A DNA stretch of 31,991 nt, taken from positions 1 through 31,991 of IMG/VR virus record IMGVR_UViG_2563366883_000019. One strand, 5' to 3'. The notes under the pieces are model-generated. The model did no database searches, was not told where the DNA came from, and saw only the letters and a list, made by a program, of their open reading frames with translations. The translations under genes and the position numbers were made by a program. Source of the DNA: a virus (Duplodnaviria > Heunggongvirae > Uroviricota > Caudoviricetes). How positions within the stretch are numbered: the stretch's first letter is position 1; every line of letters begins with the position of its first letter. Shown one piece after another: positions 25,390 through 31,991 of the stretch.

Positions 25390-25665
25390 GTGGCTTCTGT
25401 TTCTATCAGCTGTCCCTCCTGTTCAGCTACTGACGGGGTGGTGCGTAACGGCAAAAGCACCGCCGGACATCAGCGCTATCTCTGCTCTCACTGCCGTAAA
25501 ACATGGCAACTGCAGTTCACTTACACCGCTTCTCAACCCGGTACGCACCAGAAAATCATTGATATGGCCATGAATGGCGTTGGATGCCGGGCAACTGCCC
25601 GCATTATGGGCGTTGGCCTCAACACGATTTTACGTCACTTAAAAAACTCAGGCCGCAGTCGGTAA
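25390..25665 (+). CDS. insA: IS1 InsA (91 aa, GTG start)
   Basis: Identical in recognisable motifs to IS1 InsA ([43 protein letters not shown]...). Confidence 0.95.
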
Positions 25666-26087
25666 CCTCGCGCATACAGCCGGGCAGTGACGTCATCGTC
25701 TGCGCGGAAATGGACGAACAGTGGGGCTATGTCGGGGCTAAATCGCGCCAGCGCTGGCTGTTTTACGCGTATGACAGTCTCCGGAAGACGGTTGTTGCGC
25801 ACGTATTCGGTGAACGCACTATGGCGACGCTGGGGCGTCTTATGAGCCTGCTGTCACCCTTTGACGTGGTGATATGGATGACGGATGGCTGGCCGCTGTA
25901 TGAATCCCGCCTGAAGGGAAAGCTGCACGTAATCAGCAAGCGATATACGCAGCGAATTGAGCGGCATAACCTGAATCTGAGGCAGCACCTGGCACGGCTG
26001 GGACGGAAGTCGCTGTCGTTCTCAAAATCGGTGGAGCTGCATGACAAAGTCATCGGGCATTATCTGAACATAAAACACTATCAATAA
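25584..26087 (+). CDS. insB: IS1 InsB frame (expressed as InsAB' transposase by -1 frameshift)
   Basis: InsB motifs ([21 protein letters not shown]...[13 protein letters not shown]); TTAAAAAACTC slippery site at about 25640. Confidence 0.95.
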
Positions 26088-26328
26088 GTTGGAGTCATTA
26101 CCAGGACAGTCGTTTTGTTTTATGTGGGTTAAATGGCAAAACACCAAGCCCATATATTCATGCTGCACGTGAAGTCGTCAGAAGCAACATTGGAGTACAA
26201 CAAATCCATACACTGGCGCAGGCTCTTGAGTTTGCAAGAGAAAATTCCGAGTGCGACTGCCCTGAATGCCAGCACGAAAAGGGAAAAACAACTCACAAAA
26301 CAGCAAACCAGGCAACCTTCCACTGAAA

Positions 26329-26358
26329 TAAAAATCCGGCAGCGCAGGCTACCGGATT
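26329..26358 (-). terminator. Hairpin with T-run on the minus strand, upstream of the 690-aa gene
   Basis: AATCCGG-(12 nt loop)-CCGGATT followed by TTTTATTT on the minus strand. Confidence 0.3.
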
Positions 26359-26433
26359 TCTCCCTGCGTCACCGTATTCGGAGAAATCAGACAAAGGGCC
26401 GCTAATTCTAATCCAGCCAGAGGTTTAAATACA

Positions 26434-28506
26434 ATGAGCGCTGATAAACAGACTTTTGCACTACACTGCGAAGCAAAAAACGATAAAGTCAGAAAACGCC
26501 TTGGCATCAAAGGCGGTTTTTTCTGGACCGAGGCCAGAAAACTTTCTGTCGCAGTTTCCCGCTGCATTGCAGCCATGGACGATGCAGGCTACGACGAGGA
26601 TGATTTCAAAAAACCCGTTCGCGTAAATTTCCCCGTCGTGAATGACCTTCCACCGGAAGGCGTGTTTGATACTGAATTCTGCAACCGCTATGAAAAAGGC
26701 GGTAACGATGGCATCACCATGATGGCTATCCCCTTCGATGACAACATCAACGGTGAAGATGCCACAACTGCTGGCGATGACAACGATAACCTGGACGGAA
26801 CTATTCCGGATGATGTGGAGAAAAGCGAATCCCCGGACAGCGACGATGACTGTTCTGAGTGTGAAATTCCCGTCGCCACTCTGAGCCTTACTCATCGCTT
26901 CCTTCACCTCTTCTTATTCAGCAAAGATGAAGATGGAAAATACCGGCATCATGCCACACCAGAACAACGCAATAACGTGATCCGTATGGAGATGGACACA
27001 GAGGACAGTTACCTTCAGAGCCTGCTTACTGCTGTGCGCGCCGCGCATCATGAACTGGATAAACTGACGAACTATCACCTTAGTCGCCTGGCTGAATCTG
27101 TAGGGAAAGCATTCCCCCACTCTGCAAATCATCGCATCAGCCCGGCTGAATTCGACAAGTTCATTTCCACCTGGATGAAAACTGACTACCTTGATCAGGG
27201 CCTGCTGACAAAAGAATGGCAGAACGGAAATTATGTTTCAGGCATTACCCGTACGCCTTCCGGTGCTAACGCTGGCGGCGGAAATATTACCGATCGTGGT
27301 GAAGGATTCAAACATGATAAGACATCACTCGCACGAGATGTAGCCACCGGCGTTCTGGCCCGTTCAATGGATGTGGATATTTATAACCTGCACCCAGCAC
27401 ACGCAAAACGCGTTGAAGAAATCGTGTCAGAGAATAAGCCGCCCTTTTCTGTTTTTCGCGACAAATTTATCGCCATGCCCGGTGGGCTGGATTATTCCCG
27501 CGCCATTGTGGTGGCTTCCGTGAAAGAAGCACCAATCGGCATTGAGGCCATCCCGGCACGCGTGACTGAATATCTCAACAAAGTGTTGACCGAAACCGAT
27601 CACGCTAACCCGGATCCGGAAATCGTGGAAATTGCCTGCGGTCGCTCATCAGCACCGATGCCGCAGCGCGGAACAGCAGAAGGAAAACATGGCGATGAAG
27701 AAAAGCAACAAGCATCGGACACAATGGCTAATGAACAGGCAGCGCCTGAATCAGTGGAAGAAATTCCAGTTAAACATAATGAGGACACGCAATCACTGGA
27801 AAATGTCTCATCTGTAGAAACGAAATACCAGGAACTGAGGGAGGAACTCAATAAAGCCAGGGAAAACATCCCCCCAAAAAATCCAGTCGATGCCGACAAA
27901 TTACTGGCTGCCTCGCGTGGAGAATTCGTTGAAGGCATCAGTAACCCTGCTGATCCGAAGTGGGTGAAGGGGATCCAGACTCGCGACACTGAGGACCAGA
28001 ATCAGTCCAAAGTGGAACAAATTGCCCCAGAAGCGGGACAAAACAGCCCGGATACGCAACAAAACGGGTCAGAAGAGCAACAGCCAGGGCCAGTAGCGCA
28101 ACCGGAGCTGGAAAAAAACTGCCGCGTCTGTGGTCAGACTGGCGGGGGTAACTGCCCTGACTGTAGTGCGGTAATGGGCGATAGCACTTACACAGAAACT
28201 TTTGGAGAAAATGACGCCGCTGATGGAGAAGACTCAGCACAAACTGAGGAGAAGATCATTCAGGAAAACTCTGTTGATGCCGCTCAGGAGGGCGAAACCG
28301 TTGTTCAGAACGAGCCAGGCAGTGATACGTCCGGCGATGACGCCAATTCTGAGCCAGTAACTCTCGACTGGAAAAGACAGCTCGTGATTGCCGCCGTCTA
28401 TGGTTTGTGCGCCAACCCCGCATGTATAGCCACAGCGCCAGCAATCCCTGATATCGCCATCATGATTGCCAACAGGCTTGAAAATTTCGGAGGTGATAAA
28501 TCATGA
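26434..28506 (+). CDS. Large acidic hypothetical protein with two Cys clusters (690 aa), first gene of the gam-bet-exo operon
   Basis: Stop overlaps the gam ATG (ATGA). Long Asp/Glu-rich stretches; CSECE and [15 protein letters not shown] clusters; C-terminal hydrophobic segment. No recognised domain. Confidence 0.7.
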   Translation: MSADKQTFALHCEAKNDKVRKRLGIKGGFFWTEARKLSVAVSRCIAAMDDAGYDEDDFKKPVRVNFPVVNDLPPEGVFDTEFCNRYEKGGNDGITMMAIPFDDNINGEDATTAGDDNDNLDGTIPDDVEKSESPDSDDDCSECEIPVATLSLTHRFLHLFLFSKDEDGKYRHHATPEQRNNVIRMEMDTEDSYLQSLLTAVRAAHHELDKLTNYHLSRLAESVGKAFPHSANHRISPAEFDKFISTWMKTDYLDQGLLTKEWQNGNYVSGITRTPSGANAGGGNITDRGEGFKHDKTSLARDVATGVLARSMDVDIYNLHPAHAKRVEEIVSENKPPFSVFRDKFIAMPGGLDYSRAIVVASVKEAPIGIEAIPARVTEYLNKVLTETDHANPDPEIVEIACGRSSAPMPQRGTAEGKHGDEEKQQASDTMANEQAAPESVEEIPVKHNEDTQSLENVSSVETKYQELREELNKARENIPPKNPVDADKLLAASRGEFVEGISNPADPKWVKGIQTRDTEDQNQSKVEQIAPEAGQNSPDTQQNGSEEQQPGPVAQPELEKNCRVCGQTGGGNCPDCSAVMGDSTYTETFGENDAADGEDSAQTEEKIIQENSVDAAQEGETVVQNEPGSDTSGDDANSEPVTLDWKRQLVIAAVYGLCANPACIATAPAIPDIAIMIANRLENFGGDKS

Positions 28507-28799
28507 ATGCCTGGCTTATCCCCGATCGCATTGAAGAGCAGTCATGGGCACGACACTACCAGCAAATTGCCCGTGAAGAAACTGAAGCTGAGCTGGCAGA
28601 CGACCTGGAAAAAGGTCTGCCCCAACACCTGTTTGAATCGCTATGCATCGATAATCTGCAACGTCACGGGGCCAGCAAAAAAGCTATTTCCCGTGCATTT
28701 GATGACGATGTCGATTTTCAGGAACGCATGGCAGAACACATCCGCTACATGGCTGAAACCATCGCCCGTCACCAAATTAATATTGATTCAGAGGTATAA
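28503..28799 (+). CDS. gam: Gam, RecBCD inhibitor (short form, 98 aa)
   Basis: Near-identical to lambda Gam ([47 protein letters not shown]). Confidence 0.95.
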   Translation: MNAWLIPDRIEEQSWARHYQQIAREETEAELADDLEKGLPQHLFESLCIDNLQRHGASKKAISRAFDDDVDFQERMAEHIRYMAETIARHQINIDSEV

Positions 28800-28804
28800 A
28801 ACGG

Positions 28805-29590
28805 ATGAGTACAGCACTCGCAACGCTGGCAGGGAAGCTGGCTGAACGTGTCGGCATGGATTCTGTCGACCCACAGGAACTAATCACCACTCTTCGCCAG
28901 ACGGCATTTAAAGGTGATGCCAGCGATGCGCAATTTATCGCATTGTTGATCGTCGCCAACCAGTACGGCCTTAATCCCTGGACGAAAGAAATTTACGCCT
29001 TCCCTGACAAGCAGAACGGCATCGTTCCGGTGGTTGGCGTTGATGGCTGGTCCCGCATTATCAATGAAAACCAGCAGTTTGATGGCATGGACTTTGAGCA
29101 GGACAATGAGTCCTGTACATGCCGGATTTACCGCAAAGATCGCAATCACCCGATCTGCGTTACCGAGTGGATGGATGAATGTCGCCGCGCACCATTCAAA
29201 ACCCGCGAAGGCAGAGAAATCACCGGACCGTGGCAGTCGCATCCCAAACGGATGTTACGGCACAAAGCCATGATTCAGTGTGCTCGCCTGGCCTTCGGAT
29301 TTGCTGGCATCTATGACAAGGATGAAGCCGAGCGTATTGTCGAAAATACTGCATATACTACAGAACGTCAGCCGGAACGCGACATCACCCCGGTTAACGA
29401 AGAAACCATGTCGGAAATTAACGCCCTTCTTACTTCCATGGAAAAAACGTGGGATGACGACCTGTTGCCGCTCTGTTCCCAGATTTTTCGCCGCAACATT
29501 TACACATCTTCAGAACTAACACAGGCTGAAGCTGTGAAGGTTCTTGGATTCCTGAAACAGAAAGTCACAGAGCAGAAGGTAGCAGCATGA
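28805..29590 (+). CDS. bet: Bet / Red-beta single-strand annealing recombinase (261 aa)
   Basis: Near-identical to lambda Bet from the N-terminus ([66 protein letters not shown]). Confidence 0.97.
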   Translation: MSTALATLAGKLAERVGMDSVDPQELITTLRQTAFKGDASDAQFIALLIVANQYGLNPWTKEIYAFPDKQNGIVPVVGVDGWSRIINENQQFDGMDFEQDNESCTCRIYRKDRNHPICVTEWMDECRRAPFKTREGREITGPWQSHPKRMLRHKAMIQCARLAFGFAGIYDKDEAERIVENTAYTTERQPERDITPVNEETMSEINALLTSMEKTWDDDLLPLCSQIFRRNIYTSSELTQAEAVKVLGFLKQKVTEQKVAA

Positions 29591-30267
29591 CACCGGACAT
29601 TATCCTGCAACGTACAGGGATCGACGTGAGAGCTGTCGAACAGGGGGATGATGCGTGGCACAAATTACGGCTCGGCGTCATCACCGCTTCAGAAGTTCAC
29701 AACGTGATAGCAAAACCCCGCTCAGGAAAGAAATGGCCTGACATGAAAATGTCCTACTTCCACACTCTGCTGGCTGAGGTCTGCACGGGTGTGGCCCCGG
29801 AAGTTAACACCAAAGCCCTGGCATGGGGAAAACAGTACGAGAACGACGCCAGAGCTCTGTTTGAGTTTACTTCCGGCGTGAATGTTACTGAATCCCCGAT
29901 CATCTATCGTGACGAAAGTATGCGTACAGCCTGCTCTCCCGATGGTTTATGCAGTGACGGTAAAGGCCTTGAGCTGAAATGTCCGTTTACCTCCCGGGAT
30001 TTCATGAAATTCCGGCTCGGTGGTTTCGAGGCAATAAAATCAGCTTACATGGCCCAGGTGCAATTCAGCATGTGGGCGACGCGAAAAGATGCCTGGTACT
30101 TTGCCAACTATGACCCACGTATGAAGCGTGAAGGCCTGCATTATGTCGTGGTCGAGCGGGATGAAAAATACATGGCTGGTTTTGACGAAATGGTGCCAGA
30201 GTTCATCGAAAAAATGGACGAGGCACTGGCTGAAATTGGTTTTGTATTTGGGGAGCAATGGCGATAG
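29587..30267 (+). CDS. exo: Lambda-type 5'-3' exonuclease Exo (226 aa)
   Basis: Near-identical to lambda Exo ([65 protein letters not shown]); ATG overlaps the bet stop (ATGA). Confidence 0.97.
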   Translation: MTPDIILQRTGIDVRAVEQGDDAWHKLRLGVITASEVHNVIAKPRSGKKWPDMKMSYFHTLLAEVCTGVAPEVNTKALAWGKQYENDARALFEFTSGVNVTESPIIYRDESMRTACSPDGLCSDGKGLELKCPFTSRDFMKFRLGGFEAIKSAYMAQVQFSMWATRKDAWYFANYDPRMKREGLHYVVVERDEKYMAGFDEMVPEFIEKMDEALAEIGFVFGEQWR

Positions 30268-30305
30268 CCGTAGCAACGAGGTGCAAATGATATGACAGTT
30301 AAGGA

Positions 30306-30566
30306 ATGCTACCTGTGTTCGTTCTGATCCAGCGCGGGCAGTCCTTCGTCGACGCCAACAACTATCCGGTTGAAGTCTGCAAAATCACTCTGACGCAGGT
30401 AATCTTCCGCAGGCTGGATGGGAGAACCAGAGCCGCTTCAATTAGCGCATTTAATGCAGAATTTGAGCGAATCGATCACAACGAACTACACATGATTAAA
30501 GCAGAAATTGAGAAGGAAAAGCATATTGCCAGCCTTCGAAAAATGCGCCGCATATCAATCAACTGA
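30306..30566 (+). CDS. Hypothetical small protein between exo and xis (86 aa); start uncertain
   Basis: ORF followed by a clean hairpin plus T5 terminator; SD spacing at the annotated ATG is too short, so the real start may differ. Confidence 0.35.
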   Translation: MLPVFVLIQRGQSFVDANNYPVEVCKITLTQVIFRRLDGRTRAASISAFNAEFERIDHNELHMIKAEIEKEKHIASLRKMRRISIN

Positions 30567-30569
30567 CAA

Positions 30570-30588
30570 CCGCCTTCGGGCGGTTTTT
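30570..30588 (+). terminator. Intrinsic terminator between the exo-distal small ORF and xis
   Basis: CCGCC-TTCG-GGCGG followed by TTTTT on the plus strand. Confidence 0.55.
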
Positions 30589-30600
30589 AATGGCGAAAAT

Positions 30601-30972
30601 ATGGATTCACACAGTATCACCCTCAAAGAGGCCTGTAAGTTTCTCAAGATATCAAGGCCAACAGCTGTTAACTGGATACGAACGGGCCGACTACAGGCAA
30701 CCCGAAAAAATTCTTCCGGTAAAAGATCACCTTATCTCACAACCCGGCAAGCCTGCATTGCAGCACTTCATTCACCGCTGCATACTGTCCAGGTGAGCGC
30801 GGGTGATGGCATAACAGAGGAAAGAAAATGTCACTCTTCCGCAGAGGTGAAATATGGTACGCCTCGTACTCGCTCCCGGGCGGGAAGCGAATTAAGGAGT
30901 CTCTTGGCACAAAGGACAAGCGGCAAGCTCAGGAGTTGCACGACAAGCGAAAAGCAGAACTCTGGCGAGTAG
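30601..30972 (+). CDS. xis: Excisionase-like HTH protein (AlpA/Xis family); 3' end uncertain
   Basis: HTH resembling excisionases ([28 protein letters not shown]); located directly upstream of int; the frame as read overlaps int by 145 nt. The ORF track frame starts at 30508. Confidence 0.5.
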   Translation: MDSHSITLKEACKFLKISRPTAVNWIRTGRLQATRKNSSGKRSPYLTTRQACIAALHSPLHTVQVSAGDGITEERKCHSSAEVKYGTPRTRSRAGSELRSLLAQRTSGKLRSCTTSEKQNSGE

Positions 30973-31991
30973 ACAGACTGGGGGATATGCCAGATGTCAC
31001 TTTCGAAGAAGCCTGCCTGAGATGGCTTGAGGAAAAAGCCGACAAGAAATCCATCGATTCCGATAAATCCAGAATCGCATTCTGGATTGAGCATTTCGAG
31101 GGAATAAGGATTAAGGATATATCGGAGGCAATGATCTACTCAGTTATCAGCAAAGCGTATAACCGAAAAACAAAGGAGAGATGGAAGTTGCAGGTGGAGG
31201 CTGCATTAAGAAAAGGGAAAGAACCACCAGCCTATATACCTAAATCGGTGAGCACGCAAACAAAAGCAACACACCTGGCAATGATCAAGGCTATTCTGCG
31301 CGCCGCAGAGCGAGACTGGAAATGGCTTGAAAAAGCACCTGTAATCAAAATACCTGCCGTAAAAAACAAACGCGTGAGATGGCTGGAAAAAGAAGAAGCC
31401 AGGAGACTCATTGATGCATGTTCTGATCCCCTGAAATCTGTAGTTAAATTTGCACTGGCAACTGGCCTGAGGAGATCAAACATTATTAATCTGGAGTGGC
31501 AACAAATCGATATGCAGCGACGTGTTGCCTGGGTAAACCCTGAAGACAGTAAGTCAAACCGCGCTATTGGGGTCGCACTGAATGACACTGCCTGCAAGGT
31601 GTTGCGTGATCAAATAGGCAAACATCACCGCTGGGTGTTTGTTTATACCACTGCTGCCAGAAGGCCTGACGGGACAATGACACCAAGCATCAGAAAGATG
31701 CGCCTGGACTATAACACATCGTGGTTAACAGCATGTCGTCGGGCAGGAATTGAAAATTTCCGTTTTCATGACCTCCGCCATACCTGGGCCAGTTGGTTAA
31801 TTCAGTCAGGTGTACCACTGTCAGTACTTCAGGAAATGGGCGGCTGGGAGTCTATCGAAATGGTGCGTAGGTACGCACACCTTGCACCTAATCATTTGAC
31901 AGAGCACGCGAGGAAAATTGACGACATATTGGGTGACGATGTCCCAAATTTGTCCCACCCTGAGGTTTTTGAGGATGCAAAGAAAGCATAA
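30828..31991 (+). CDS. int: Tyrosine integrase, DLP12 IntD-like (387 aa)
   Basis: [35 protein letters not shown]-terminus and catalytic-region motifs ([67 protein letters not shown]); GAGGAA SD; TAA stop at the window end. Confidence 0.95.
   Translation: MSLFRRGEIWYASYSLPGGKRIKESLGTKDKRQAQELHDKRKAELWRVDRLGDMPDVTFEEACLRWLEEKADKKSIDSDKSRIAFWIEHFEGIRIKDISEAMIYSVISKAYNRKTKERWKLQVEAALRKGKEPPAYIPKSVSTQTKATHLAMIKAILRAAERDWKWLEKAPVIKIPAVKNKRVRWLEKEEARRLIDACSDPLKSVVKFALATGLRRSNIINLEWQQIDMQRRVAWVNPEDSKSNRAIGVALNDTACKVLRDQIGKHHRWVFVYTTAARRPDGTMTPSIRKMRLDYNTSWLTACRRAGIENFRFHDLRHTWASWLIQSGVPLSVLQEMGGWESIEMVRRYAHLAPNHLTEHARKIDDILGDDVPNLSHPEVFEDAKKA

Larger units (their letters stand above)
25334..26102 (+). 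mobile_element. IS1 insertion sequence (about 768 bp) with terminal inverted repeats
   Basis: Left end GGTGATGCTGCCAACTTACTGAT and right end ATCAATAAGTTGGAGTCATTACC; insA and insB present with the A6C frameshift window; no matching 8-9 bp flanking direct repeat. Confidence 0.95.

Noticed and set aside
26133-26405. 90-aa basic ORF upstream of the 690-aa gene, considered as a possible N-like antiterminator
   Set aside because: No arginine-rich N-terminal motif, no SD, and a stable hairpin lies inside it; more likely a non-coding leader.

Overview
This window is most of a lambdoid prophage of mosaic DLP12 / 933W-like type, read here with its late and structural genes on the minus strand and its recombination and integration genes on the plus strand. 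All calls rest on reading the ORF translations and the DNA by eye; no database search or folding was run. From left to right: a tail-fibre chaperone-like gene and a collagen-repeat side tail fibre (1-2716); a compact head module with four small structural proteins, major capsid, scaffold, portal and P22-type terminase (2713-11950); a phage-21-type lysis cassette with pinholin, SAR endolysin and Rz/Rz1 (12252-13965); the prophage sialate O-acetylesterase nanS-p (14694-16667); a 1.4-kb non-coding late-leader region with no stx genes (16700-18117); a Q-locus and nin block (18118-20435); a block of accessory genes including a low-GC island and a toxin-antitoxin pair (20490-25298); an IS1 copy (25334-26102); then a large acidic ORF coupled to gam-bet-exo, an excisionase-like gene and an IntD-like integrase that ends at the window edge (26434-31991). 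No cI, cro, N, O or P homologue is recognisable between gam and ninB, and IS1 sits at that position without a target-site duplication, so the element looks like a cryptic, rearranged prophage. The most promising unexplained signals are: two diverged copies of a hairpin-terminated structured element where stx would normally sit; a low-GC pair of translationally coupled membrane-anchored proteins; a zinc-ribbon protein whose start codon sits face-to-face with a divergent small ORF; a 690-aa acidic protein at the head of the gam-bet-exo operon; and two small membrane proteins inserted inside the lysis cassette.
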